From an uncultured bacterium (GTDB lineage: Bacteria > Verrucomicrobiota > Verrucomicrobiia > Limisphaerales > UBA8199), in the NCBI GenBank assembly GCA_963749495.1, contig CAVVMW010000006.1:1152001-1216000 (forward strand): a DNA stretch of 64,000 bases, in the 5' to 3' direction. The notes beneath the pieces are model-generated. The model was not told where the DNA came from. It worked only from the letters and a program-made list of their open reading frames with translations, and ran no database searches. This document shows positions 11,283 to 21,072 of the stretch, piece by piece. The first letter of the stretch is position 1, and the number at the start of each line of letters is the position of its first letter. Both the position numbers and the translations under genes were made by a program.

Positions 11283-11358
11283 GCCCCCATAGCTCAAATG
11301 GATAGAGCGGCGGTTTCCTAAACCGTTGATCCCCGTTCAATTCGGGGTGGGGGTACCA
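11283..11358 (+). tRNA. tRNA-Arg (anticodon CCT)
   Basis: Cloverleaf: acceptor GCCCCCA/TGGGGGT, anticodon arm GCGGT-TTCCTAA-ACCGT, T loop TTCAATT, encoded CCA. Confidence 0.97.
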
Positions 11359-11596
11359 ATTTCTCCTTTCTCTTGCCTGGTAACCGGTTCCTTGTCATTT
11401 ACGTCTTAACCTCTTAACAGGTCATCGGCTAACGCGCCAGTCGAATGCTTTCGATCCGCGGAAGAGGACGACTCGGGCCAGTGCCCGGCGCAGTGAGGGA
11501 CGTTCGGATCAACCAGCAAAACTAACGCAGATCTAGCGCAACCAAACCGAAGGCCCGCTGGTGAAACCGGCGAGCGAGAAAGGACAATACAAACTC

Positions 11597-14500
11597 ATGA
11601 GAAAGACTACAACATGTTGGCTGGGGCTGGGGCTGGGGCTGCTGTGCGCAGCGCCCGCTCACGCGAGCACGACCTTCATCGACTTTAACAGCGACCCGGT
11701 CGCCGCGGGGCTGGTGACCTCGATTACGGGCACCGGCAGCGACGGCGGGCAATGGACACCAAACGACGGCATCGGCTCGGCAACGAACTCCAGCGACGGT
11801 TACCTGCAGATCACCGACGCCGTTAACAGCCAAAGGGGCGTGGTCATCTTCCCGGACTTCGATGCCGGGGCGGTCGTCCAGGCCTTTAGCTTTGATTGCT
11901 GGGTCCGGATCGGCAACGGCGTGCCCAGCAGCACCCCGCCAGCCGATGGTTTCAGCATCGCCTATGTCCGCGCCAACGATCCCGTCTTGAGCGGCGGCAG
12001 TTTTGCCGAGGGCCCCGACTCCGAGTCCAATATGCCGGAGGAGGGGACGACCACGGGCATTTCCGTTGGCTTTGACGCGTACGCCAACGGCGGCTCCCCG
12101 CCGTGGCCGCCGGATCAACTGCCGGGCCTCACCGGCAACATCGTCGGCATAGACGTTCGTGTAGATGGCATGTTGATATTGCAATATCCGATGCCGACGC
12201 TCAACGGTACGGTGACCGACCCGACTTCGATCCAGACCGGGGCAAACGACGGGACGGGCTCGCCCGACAGCCTGGGCTGGGCCCACCTGGTGGTGAGCCT
12301 CGACACCAACGCCCTGCTCAACGTCTATTACAAAGGGGCGCACATCCTCACGAACTATGCGACGGGCTTCTCGCCCGGCCCGGGCCAGCTGGTCCTCGCG
12401 GGCCGGACCGGCGGCTACAACGAAAACCAGGATGTCGATAACATCACTATCACCACGATTCTGGCAAAGCTGGCCGTAATCGGACCTCCCACCGGGCTTC
12501 CGGACGGCGCCACGGTAGTGATCAATGATTCGGGCTCCAGTCTGGTCAATGTCACCAAGCCGTTCTCGATGATGATCAACGGGGTTACGGCTGCGGCAAC
12601 CATCCAAAAGAGCGGCAGTGTCACGACGGTCGCCGGGCACCTGTATCCCAGCCTCCTGGTCCCCGGCGCGACCAACACGGTCGTAATCTCCGTCCAGGAC
12701 ACGCATGGCAATACGGACAGCGTCACCCGGACGTTCGTTACGGCTCCCTATACCGTCGTTCAGGGGGCGTGGGCGGCGAGCGGGGTGGGCACGCAACCCG
12801 GCTTCCGCATCCTGCCCTGGCAGTCCGGCGCCGAGCCCAACCGCGTCTATTGGATGGAGGAGCAACTGGAGGGCCTGCACGGCGCCAACGATGCCGACGT
12901 GAGCACCGCAACGGACGGCGGATTCATCAATTTCACCGGGCTCATTAACTTCAATCTAGACCCCAATGGGGGCCAGGAGGGCGACTTCACGACCACAACG
13001 GGTTATACCGACAGCCCATTCCCCGGCCTGTCCATCGCCGGAGGCGCCGGCAGCATTCCGGATACCGGCAGCGAGTCGATGATGGTCCTGGCCTTCCTGC
13101 AGTTCGCCAAGGCCGGCGTTTACAACATGGGCGTCAACAGCGATGACGGGTTCGCGGTCACGGTGGGCCCCCAGCCCCGGGACCGCCTTGCCGCGGTGGC
13201 CGGCCAGTATGACACCGGGCGCGGCTCGGCCGACACGACCTTCTGGCTCGTGGTGACCAACGCGGGCACTTACCCGTTCTGCCTGCGCTATGAGAACGGC
13301 AACGGCTCATTTACGGGCGGCAACGCCGCCAATCTGGAGTGGTTCACCGTGCAGCCCGACGGGACCAAGATCCTGATCAACGACCCGAGTTCGACCAATA
13401 CGAGCGGCGTGAAGGCCTTTTACTCCGGACCGGCGCCGACGGCTTATGTGTCCCAGATCAACCCCTACCTCGGCCAGCCGAATGCCTGGCCGGATCGCGT
13501 GGTGGTCCAGTTGACGGATGCGGCCACCCAGGTCAAAACGACCCCGTCCCCCGCGCTGCTCATCGATGGCGTGGCCACCACCCCCGTCGTCAGCAAACAA
13601 GGCGCTGTCACCACCCTCTTGCTCACCCTGCCGCCGCCCGGCCTGTCCCCAGGCCAGCACACCGCCACCGTGGTCTGGAGCGATACCGGCACCCTCAACG
13701 CCAGCAATTCCTGGTCCTTCACCGTCGCCGGCCCTTTCCCCACGCTCGATCAGCGCATGGGCGCCCCGGTGAGTTCCGTGGACAAGACCAAGCCTGGATT
13801 CGTGCTCAAGGTCACGCAATTGGATCCCGGCACCGTGGGTGACAGCGGCAACGTCACGGGCGACAACGTGGAGGAGAACAATGCCCATCTGGCGGGCCTC
13901 TACTTCCCGGATTACGGCACCAACCAGGCCGATACGGTGGGCGGGGGCGCCAGCGGCATCCCGGCGGCGTTTGACAACATCTGGGACTGGACCAATGCGG
14001 TGGACTTCAACATCCTCACTTCGCCGGGCGACTTCACTTTCGATTACGCTCTGCCGGGAATTCCAGGGAACACCTCGGCGACCAGTTGGATCGCGGCCGG
14101 GTTCCAGACCTATGTGGTCTTCCCAACCGCCGGTTTCTACCGGATGGGCGTGAACAGCGACAATGGGTTCCGCATCACCCAGGGCATCGGCATCACCCGG
14201 CAGGTGCTGCACGTGACGGGCCCCGGCATCGATCAGGACATGGTCGGCGTAGTCAATGCGACGAACACGGCCGCCGGTTGGGGCGGCAGCCTGCCCACCA
14301 CGCCGCTCATCGCGCCGGCCGTTTTCCTGGACTCCAGCAATGCCTGCCCCGGTTACCCTTCGGCCAACCTGACCAACAAAATCGGCATCATTGAATACAA
14401 TACGTGCGGCCACAACGCGCTACAGGCGGCCTGGTGCGTCCAGACCAATGGCGGCATGGCGGCCATCATCATCAACCAGCCCGCCTATGGCCTGCCGTTT

Positions 14501-15079
14501 ACGGAAGGCGACAGCGGCCTGCCCGTGACCATCCCGGCGTTGGTGGTCAATGGACGTTCGGCGGATGGTGGCAGCGGCGCATTTGATTTCTGGCGGACCA
14601 ATTCGCTCATCGTCAACATTTGCGCCGATGCCCGCCTGAAGCTCCTCGAATACAACGCGGTCAAGTCCAGCGGAATGAGTGATGTGGACTCCGGCTTCTG
14701 GGTGCCGGCGGCGGGGGCCTATCCCTTGCGCTTGCTCTATTTCCAGGGCAACGGCGGCGCCGGGTGTGAATGGTCCACCATCCTCCCCGCGGTGACGGTG
14801 GACGGAGGCGCGCGCTCCCTGGTCAATGACACGACCGACGCGAACTCGCTCAGGTCGTACCGGGCGGTGACGGTGCTGCCCAAGATGAATACGCCAACGG
14901 TGAGCAATGGCATGGTGACTGTGACCTGGAATGGGGCCGGATTCCTCCAATCAACCACGAGCCTCAGTCCGGCCAGTTGGGCTAACGTCGTCCCGCAACC
15001 AGGGGCCAACACCTATACCACCGCGGCCAGCGGCACCCAGTACTATCGGGTGCGCGTGCCGGACCCCGTCACGCCGTAG
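11597..15079 (+). CDS. Large secreted protein: lectin-like N-domain, two PA14-like domains, PA domain, C-terminal YYRV-type domain
   Basis: Signal peptide; PPADGFSI motif; GVYNMGVNSDDGF and GFYRMGVNSDNGF; NLTNKIGIIE...AAIIIN...VTIPALVV. Confidence 0.8.
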   Translation: MRKTTTCWLGLGLGLLCAAPAHASTTFIDFNSDPVAAGLVTSITGTGSDGGQWTPNDGIGSATNSSDGYLQITDAVNSQRGVVIFPDFDAGAVVQAFSFDCWVRIGNGVPSSTPPADGFSIAYVRANDPVLSGGSFAEGPDSESNMPEEGTTTGISVGFDAYANGGSPPWPPDQLPGLTGNIVGIDVRVDGMLILQYPMPTLNGTVTDPTSIQTGANDGTGSPDSLGWAHLVVSLDTNALLNVYYKGAHILTNYATGFSPGPGQLVLAGRTGGYNENQDVDNITITTILAKLAVIGPPTGLPDGATVVINDSGSSLVNVTKPFSMMINGVTAAATIQKSGSVTTVAGHLYPSLLVPGATNTVVISVQDTHGNTDSVTRTFVTAPYTVVQGAWAASGVGTQPGFRILPWQSGAEPNRVYWMEEQLEGLHGANDADVSTATDGGFINFTGLINFNLDPNGGQEGDFTTTTGYTDSPFPGLSIAGGAGSIPDTGSESMMVLAFLQFAKAGVYNMGVNSDDGFAVTVGPQPRDRLAAVAGQYDTGRGSADTTFWLVVTNAGTYPFCLRYENGNGSFTGGNAANLEWFTVQPDGTKILINDPSSTNTSGVKAFYSGPAPTAYVSQINPYLGQPNAWPDRVVVQLTDAATQVKTTPSPALLIDGVATTPVVSKQGAVTTLLLTLPPPGLSPGQHTATVVWSDTGTLNASNSWSFTVAGPFPTLDQRMGAPVSSVDKTKPGFVLKVTQLDPGTVGDSGNVTGDNVEENNAHLAGLYFPDYGTNQADTVGGGASGIPAAFDNIWDWTNAVDFNILTSPGDFTFDYALPGIPGNTSATSWIAAGFQTYVVFPTAGFYRMGVNSDNGFRITQGIGITRQVLHVTGPGIDQDMVGVVNATNTAAGWGGSLPTTPLIAPAVFLDSSNACPGYPSANLTNKIGIIEYNTCGHNALQAAWCVQTNGGMAAIIINQPAYGLPFTEGDSGLPVTIPALVVNGRSADGGSGAFDFWRTNSLIVNICADARLKLLEYNAVKSSGMSDVDSGFWVPAAGAYPLRLLYFQGNGGAGCEWSTILPAVTVDGGARSLVNDTTDANSLRSYRAVTVLPKMNTPTVSNGMVTVTWNGAGFLQSTTSLSPASWANVVPQPGANTYTTAASGTQYYRVRVPDPVTP

Positions 15080-15104
15080 GCGGCGGCTCCTTTGTATCCA
15101 GCGC

Positions 15105-15142
15105 GAGACCGGATTGGACGGCCAATCCGGTCTCTTTTTTTT
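15105..15142 (+). terminator. Rho-independent terminator
   Basis: 13-bp perfect stem GAGACCGGATTGG/CCAATCCGGTCTC followed by T8. Confidence 0.9.
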
Positions 15143-15157
15143 GTGCGCGCTGGACGG

Positions 15158-15235
15158 GTGCGATTAAAAGCGTCGGTCAGCCCACGGCGCCTTTTTGCCC
15201 CGAAGGGGCTTCCGACAATAGCCCGGCGTTTCAAC
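15158..15235. repeat. Truncated REP-like element (GCGATTAAAA family)
   Basis: Matches an arm of the full element at 60411-60680 and stops at CCCGGCGTTTCAAC. Confidence 0.8.
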
Positions 15236-15271
15236 AGATTTCTCGGAGGGGCAGTTGATTAGACACTTTGG

Positions 15272-15533
15272 CTATTTGAAGCGGAAGTCGAGCTTGAAGT
15301 TGTAAAGCCAAGGCACGCGCGGATCGCCCCTTTCGTTCTCCAGCCGTTGGGGCAGGTTTTCAAAATGCTCCTTCCACAGGCTGGCCTGAGGAGCGTTGTA
15401 GTAAGTGACCAGGACGGTGTTCCCACGGACACGCACGTCGCCTTCCAGGCCGCTGAAGAGGTCCTGGGCCAAATGGACTGAATCCCATTGGTTAAAGGGC
15501 GCGCCCAGGCGCTGGCGCAGTTGGTGGATAACC
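15272..15533 (-). pseudogene. C-terminal remnant of a transposase-like gene, cut by the ISKra4 element
   Basis: LRQRLGAPF...LEGDVRV...VTYYNAP...DPRVPWLYNFKLDFRFK; the protein-like sequence begins at the IS left end. Confidence 0.6.
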
Positions 15534-15616
15534 GGGCGCATGACGGAATTCTTCGGAAATTGAGTTTTGGGCGTTTTTTTGTTGCCTGGTATAGATGTAC
15601 ATATATATTCATTGCC

Positions 15617-15973
15617 ATGAACCATTCCATCACTCCTCAAGCCCTCCTGGACCAAATCCTCAATATTCGCCGCATGGAGCACGGCTCGCTCTCCGTCATC
15701 GGCCATGGCCCCAATGGCCCTTACTATAACCTCAACTCCTGGGAGGATGGCACCAACCAATGCCGCTACATCCCGCAGGACAAACTCCCCGAGGTCCAGC
15801 AAGCCATCCAGGGCTACCAGCAATACCAGCAACTCACTCACCAATATGGCCAACAGATCGTCGAGCAAACCCGCGCCGAGCTGGGTATCGGCCTAAAAAA
15901 AAAGCCCCGCCCCAATCCCAAGAGCCCCCGCCCCAAGTCCTCCTCGCCCAAGACCAGGAAATCCAGCAGTTGA
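15617..15973 (+). CDS. IS accessory ORF (DUF6788-like)
   Basis: MEHGSLS...GPYYNLNSWEDG...RYIP...VQQAIQGYQQYQQL; A9G run near the 3' end. Confidence 0.75.
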   Translation: MNHSITPQALLDQILNIRRMEHGSLSVIGHGPNGPYYNLNSWEDGTNQCRYIPQDKLPEVQQAIQGYQQYQQLTHQYGQQIVEQTRAELGIGLKKKPRPNPKSPRPKSSSPKTRKSSS

Positions 15974-17289
15974 TGACCCGTTTCCTCAAGACCGATCTGG
16001 GCCACCTCGCCGTTCAGGAATTGGAATTCGAAGTGCTGCTGCGCACGGCCGTCTTCAAATCGACCAACCAACTGATGGGGTATCTGTTCCAAATGCTGGC
16101 CGATCGCATCGATGCCGCCTACCAGCCCAAACCGGGCTATGTGCGCAAAGGCCGCGTGGAGGTCACCCTCGATTGCATCTTCGGGTCTTTCACGCTGGAG
16201 CGCGATTACTACTATCACGAGGGCAAGCAGTTGGGACATTATCCAACCGATGCGGCGCTGGGCTTGGAAGGCGGCAAGACGCCGGCACTGGCCCGGTTGG
16301 TGTGCTTGGAAGGAGCCGATGAAGCCAGCTACCAAAAGGCCGAGGAGCATTTGAAAGAGACCGGCGGCATTCACATCTCGGGCCGCCAGATCCACCGCCT
16401 GGTACAGCAAGTCGGAGCCGCCGCCCAGACTTGGCAGGAGCGAGAGGCGTTAAAGCCTTTGCCGGGCACCAAGCCCGTGCCGATTCTCTATATCAGCGGG
16501 GACGCGACGGGCGTGCCCATGCGCAAAGAAGAACTGGAAGGGCGAGCGGGCAAGCAGCCCGACGGGAGCGCCAAAACCCGCTCGGCCTACCTGGGGTGCA
16601 TCTTCACCCAGCATAAAACCGATGAAAAGGGTCACCCGGTGCGGGATTACGAATCGACCACCTACGTGTCCAACATGGGGCCGTTGGAGGATTTTGGTCC
16701 GCTCCTGCGCCAAGAAGCCATCCGGCGAGGCCTGGGCCAAGCTAAAAAAGTCGTCTTCCTCGTTGATGGGGCCAGCGGCCTGGAGAATACGGGCCGCCTC
16801 AATTTTAAGGACGCGATCCAAATCGTTGACTTCTACCACGGCGCCGACCATGCCGGCGATGTCGTGGAGGCTATCCTGGGGAGCAAAGAACACCCGGAAT
16901 ACAAAGCTCAGCGCAGCCGCTGGGTCCGGCGCCTGCTCGGCAACGGTGTGAAAAACCTCATTAAGGAAACCCGCCAGGAATGCGCCGGCAAGCCGCAGGC
17001 TGAGGCGGTCGAGGACGAACTGGGCTACTTCGTTCACAATGTGAAACGAATGCAATACAGGACCTTCCGTCGGCAGGGCCTTTTTATCGGCTCTGGGGTC
17101 ATCGAGGCCGGCTGCAAGACCCTAATCGGCTCCCGCTGCAAGCAATCGGGCATGTTCTGGGGCGAACCCGGTGCGGAAAACATCCTGGCTCTACGCTGCA
17201 CCCATTCCAGCCGCCGGCTGGATCAGTTCTGGAAAGAGCGGCTCAACGCTCAGGCTGCCCGCAACGATTGCCTGATGCTGGCCGAATAG
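15973..17289 (+). CDS. ISKra4-family DDE transposase
   Basis: YISGDATGVP, FLVDGA, VDFYHG, IGSGVIEAGCK and RCKQSGMFW motifs; the frame is also open upstream to 15760. Confidence 0.9.
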   Translation: MTRFLKTDLGHLAVQELEFEVLLRTAVFKSTNQLMGYLFQMLADRIDAAYQPKPGYVRKGRVEVTLDCIFGSFTLERDYYYHEGKQLGHYPTDAALGLEGGKTPALARLVCLEGADEASYQKAEEHLKETGGIHISGRQIHRLVQQVGAAAQTWQEREALKPLPGTKPVPILYISGDATGVPMRKEELEGRAGKQPDGSAKTRSAYLGCIFTQHKTDEKGHPVRDYESTTYVSNMGPLEDFGPLLRQEAIRRGLGQAKKVVFLVDGASGLENTGRLNFKDAIQIVDFYHGADHAGDVVEAILGSKEHPEYKAQRSRWVRRLLGNGVKNLIKETRQECAGKPQAEAVEDELGYFVHNVKRMQYRTFRRQGLFIGSGVIEAGCKTLIGSRCKQSGMFWGEPGAENILALRCTHSSRRLDQFWKERLNAQAARNDCLMLAE

Positions 17290-17400
17290 CCGAAGAATTC
17301 TGTCGTGCGCCCCCAATCCTCGTCGGCCGCGTTATGGACTTGCACACCTGCACCCTAGCAGCACGGGCCTAAAGTGTCAACTAACAAGTTAACGCTTATG

Positions 17401-17646
17401 GGGCGTTGCCCTGGGCTGGTATGAACGACGCCTTTGGCGTCCCGAGCGCGCACCGCCAGTTCCATCCTGCACCAGAAGAAAACGCCTCTTACACGGCGGC
17501 CCACCTGTTCGCCCCGGGCAGGAACGAATTCGCCACGGCGGGCCAGGGGGCCTGCTCGGCGACGCTGACCACCACCAACTCAGCCACCCTCCCTGCCGCC
17601 GGCGCCGCCTCGTTCTGCCGGCTCCACAGGAAGGTGCTGTACTGAT
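17401..17646 (+). pseudogene. Collapsed relic copy of the 34957-38950 locus
   Basis: Three consecutive blocks match 34957-35037, 35547-35634 and 38876-38950. Confidence 0.85.
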
Positions 17647-17723
17647 CAGTTTCCCGGCCCGATGGGCCGCGGCAGGCCGGAGGCCGGTGCGCGGTGATGC
17701 GCAACCGACCCCTTCCGTTCCGT

Positions 17724-20700
17724 TCACCAGTCCAATTTCATGGCGGCTAATTGTTGGCGGATAAGTCGCAAGTCCCACACGAATACTGCGCGCAAATCCT
17801 CTCCGGCCGTGGCTAGAAAGCGGCCGTCGCGAGAGAAGCACAACGGCGGGCCGGTATCCAAGGCAGCGAGTTCCCGGCCGTCGGGAACGGAGATGAGTTG
17901 CAGGTTGCCGTTGCGGCCGCGGAGCAGGCTCACAATGAGCCCATCGGATGAAAACGCCATGGAGCCGTACATATCGCCTGCTCGATCCCTTGGGATGGCC
18001 AGGCCAGGCTGCCAGGAAGCCACTTTCCAAAAGCGGTATTCCTGCTCCGAACCGGTGAGCAGCCACTGTCCGTCCGGGCTGAAGAGGCCAACGGCATTGC
18101 CTTTGACCGGGAGTTCCCGGACGGGCTGACAGGTGGCGGTTTCCCATACCATGACGTTGGTTCCCTTCCAGGTTCCGGTGGCGAACCACCTTCCATCGGG
18201 ACTCATGGTGACGGAGGCAGCCCTGGGGTGGCCGTTGACCGGCTTTGGACTGGCAGGGTCTTGCAGATCCAGCAGGAGCAGACCCGAGTTGTCCCTGCAC
18301 GCCGTGATCAGCGTGCGCCCGTCCGAACCCAGGCAGCTTCCTTCCAGACTGGAGGAAGCGAGGACAGCCATAGCCCCGACTTGCAACTCCTTGAGCGGCC
18401 CGGTGCATTGGAGAGACCATCGCTGGAGCCCGGACAGTCCGCTGGCGATCAAGCTGCGGCCATCCGGAGCAAACAGGGCAGACCTGCACTCGCTGACCTG
18501 CAGATGCGCGAGCAGGTGGTTGGCTTCCACTTCCCAAATCCGGATGCCGTCACTGGAGGCGGCCGCCAGGAGACGGCCATCCGGACTGAACTGGCCGCCC
18601 CAAAGCACGCCAGTGCGCCCGAGGCGGCGGCACTCCCTCGCCGATTCGACTTGCCAAATGCCCGCCTCGCCGTCTCCAATGCCAAATCCCACCCGGTCGT
18701 CCGAACCAAACCCGATGGGAACCCATCCGCCTGGCAGGCTGAACAAGGCCCGCCCTAACTTCGGGTCCCAAAACCGGGTCGTCCCATCCCATCCACTGGT
18801 GAGCAGAAGGTCACTCGCTTGATTGAATAGCGCCGCGGTGACCACCCCCATGTGCCCCTCCAGAACAGCTTCCAGGTTCCCCTTGGCGGCGTTGCGCAGG
18901 TAAGTGCGGCCATCCTCACTCGGACATGCCAGCAATGCCCCATCGTGGCTCCAGGCGATTAAACCGACCGCCCCAGGACTATCGAAGCGTTGCTCGATTT
19001 GCCCTGATTCCAGGTTCAAGATGACCACGGTGGGATTCTCGCGGCGCGCCACGGCCAGACGCTTGCCCGCTGGATCGTAGCTGATGGCCTGAACGATCGG
19101 TGGCAGGTCCAGGCGCCTGATTTCTCGGGCCAGCGGCAAATCATAGGAGAGGATGCGTCCATTCTCTTCCGAGGCAGTGAACTCCTGGCCGTCCGCCCGG
19201 AAGCAGACGCCGCGCGCAGCCATCGGTGCAGATACCACCACCGTCCGGTTTGATAAATCCCAAACCCGGACCTGGTTGGTTTCAGGGCCAAGGTATTTTT
19301 CGGCCAGATAGCGGTCATTGGGACTGAAAAACAGGCCAGTCCAGAAGGGTTTGCCGGGACCAGGCAGACGAAGCAATTGCTGGTGGTTAGAGGTGCGGCG
19401 GAGGACTATGGTGCCATCCGGGAGGGCGTGCGCATACCGTTCCATCCTGGAATCGAAGGCCAAGCCTCCATGAGCAAGGTCACGCATTTGGAATCGCCGC
19501 TGGACGCGCACATCGGGCAGGGCGAGGCAGGCGATAGCTTCGTTGCGCAAGTCCAAAGCGGGCCGTATGCCGGCCGCTTTACCCAAGGCCTCAAGGCTAT
19601 CGAAACGGCGACCGGGCTGGCCGCTCCAGCGGTTGGCTCGCGCCTGCGCAAGATAGGAACCGTAGAGTCTCTCCACTGCATCCTGCTCCGCGCGGGCGGC
19701 CCTGCGGCGGGCATTCTCCGCCTGCCGCCATTCCCACAGCACCGCGGCGAAACCTGCGGCAGCGATTAAGATCACCGCCCCCATCAGGGACGCCAGGGCG
19801 GGCTTGCGCCGGGCCCACTTTAACACCTGCTCCGCCGCGCCGGCCGGACGCGCGTGAATGGGCTCCTGCCGCAGCCACCTCTCCAAATCGTCCGCCAGAG
19901 CATCGGCAGAGGAGTAGCGGCGCTGCGGGTCCTTTTCCAGGCACTTCAGACAAATGGTCTCCAGATCGCGATCCACCTTCGGATCGACGCACTTTGGCCT
20001 CGCAGGTTCTTTTCCCAGCACGCAACGCAACGTCTCCAAGTGGCTCGCCTCGGAAAACGGGGGACGGCCCGTCAGCAGGAAATAGAGAATCGCGCCCAGG
20101 CCGTAGATGTCCACGGCCGTGGTCAGTTGCCGGGTTTTTCCGGCGGCCTGTTCGGGCGCCATAAAGCCGGGGCTGCCCAGCACCGCCCCGGGGATGGTCG
20201 CGTGGTCCTCTGCGGTGATGTTGCGCGCGAGGCCAAAGTCAGAGACGTGCGGCTGGCCCCGTGCGTCGAGCAGGATGTTTGCCGGTTTGAGGTCCCGATG
20301 GAGAATGCCCCGCTGGTGAGCGTGGTGGACGGCGCGCGCCACCGTAGCCAGCAGTTGGGCGGCTTGCTGGTTCGAGAGCCGGGATTGGGAACCCGAAACC
20401 TGTGCGGCCAGGCTGCGGCCGTCGATCCACTGCATGCTGAAGTAGGGCTGGCCTTCATGCGCCCCGATTTCGTAGATCGCCACAAGATTAGGATGCTCGA
20501 GGCGGGCGGCGGCTTCGGCCTCGGTGTGAAAACGTTCGAGTTCGGCCTCGCTGGCGAGATGACCGCCCAGTATCATCTTGATGGCGACGGTGCGATTGAG
20601 GCTTGCTTGCCTGGCTTTATAGACCACGCCCATGCCCCCGCGCCCGATTTCCTCCAATAGTTCGTAATCCCCAAAGTTGGGACTTTGCCTGGCGTAGAGG

Positions 20701-20804
20701 AACGACGCCGAAATCACTTTGGCCAGGCACCGGGGGCAAAGCCCGCCCAGCAACGTGCGCGGCAGCCGTTGATTACAGCGAGGACAGTATTCCTGGACCG
20801 TCAT
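17724..20804 (-). CDS. Ser/Thr protein kinase with TM segment and WD40 repeats
   Basis: [44 protein letters not shown]-terminal CPRC..CPRC; many FSPDG/WD repeats. Confidence 0.95.
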   Translation of the reverse strand: MTVQEYCPRCNQRLPRTLLGGLCPRCLAKVISASFLYARQSPNFGDYELLEEIGRGGMGVVYKARQASLNRTVAIKMILGGHLASEAELERFHTEAEAAARLEHPNLVAIYEIGAHEGQPYFSMQWIDGRSLAAQVSGSQSRLSNQQAAQLLATVARAVHHAHQRGILHRDLKPANILLDARGQPHVSDFGLARNITAEDHATIPGAVLGSPGFMAPEQAAGKTRQLTTAVDIYGLGAILYFLLTGRPPFSEASHLETLRCVLGKEPARPKCVDPKVDRDLETICLKCLEKDPQRRYSSADALADDLERWLRQEPIHARPAGAAEQVLKWARRKPALASLMGAVILIAAAGFAAVLWEWRQAENARRRAARAEQDAVERLYGSYLAQARANRWSGQPGRRFDSLEALGKAAGIRPALDLRNEAIACLALPDVRVQRRFQMRDLAHGGLAFDSRMERYAHALPDGTIVLRRTSNHQQLLRLPGPGKPFWTGLFFSPNDRYLAEKYLGPETNQVRVWDLSNRTVVVSAPMAARGVCFRADGQEFTASEENGRILSYDLPLAREIRRLDLPPIVQAISYDPAGKRLAVARRENPTVVILNLESGQIEQRFDSPGAVGLIAWSHDGALLACPSEDGRTYLRNAAKGNLEAVLEGHMGVVTAALFNQASDLLLTSGWDGTTRFWDPKLGRALFSLPGGWVPIGFGSDDRVGFGIGDGEAGIWQVESARECRRLGRTGVLWGGQFSPDGRLLAAASSDGIRIWEVEANHLLAHLQVSECRSALFAPDGRSLIASGLSGLQRWSLQCTGPLKELQVGAMAVLASSSLEGSCLGSDGRTLITACRDNSGLLLLDLQDPASPKPVNGHPRAASVTMSPDGRWFATGTWKGTNVMVWETATCQPVRELPVKGNAVGLFSPDGQWLLTGSEQEYRFWKVASWQPGLAIPRDRAGDMYGSMAFSSDGLIVSLLRGRNGNLQLISVPDGRELAALDTGPPLCFSRDGRFLATAGEDLRAVFVWDLRLIRQQLAAMKLDW

Positions 20805-21072
20805 GTTCGTCGAGACGCGGCCTGGATGACCCAAGGCCGGCACTGGGGCGGCTTCGGACGCAGCGGCCTCCCCGCCCCTCACGGTGTTGGATGCTTCCGT
20901 GCCCTGGCCCTTTCCGAGGCCGCTGCGCCCGGAGACGGGCGCACTCCGGCTGCATCGTCGAAGTCCGCCCGGCGGCTTGCCACTGCCAACGCATTAGCAT
21001 CTGTGGATCTGCAGCTATAGTATAAAACAACATTGCGGCGCCCAGGTTACAGGATTCTAGCCGGCGGCGCGC

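Larger units (their letters stand above)
15534..17312 (+). mobile_element. ISKra4-family insertion sequence
   Basis: 23-bp terminal inverted repeats GGGCGCATGACGGAATTCTTCGG / CCGAAGAATTCTGTCGTGCGCCC (21/23 match); no target duplication. Confidence 0.9.

Noticed and set aside
11360..11596. Riboswitch in the long leader of the secreted protein
   Set aside because: Only small hairpins (e.g. CGCTGGTGAAACCGGCG); no consensus I recognise. An Rfam scan would settle it.
17486..17646. DGR template/variable repeat pair with 35547-35634 and 38876-38950
   Set aside because: Mismatches are not confined to adenines of one copy and there is no reverse transcriptase in the window; a deletion relic fits better.
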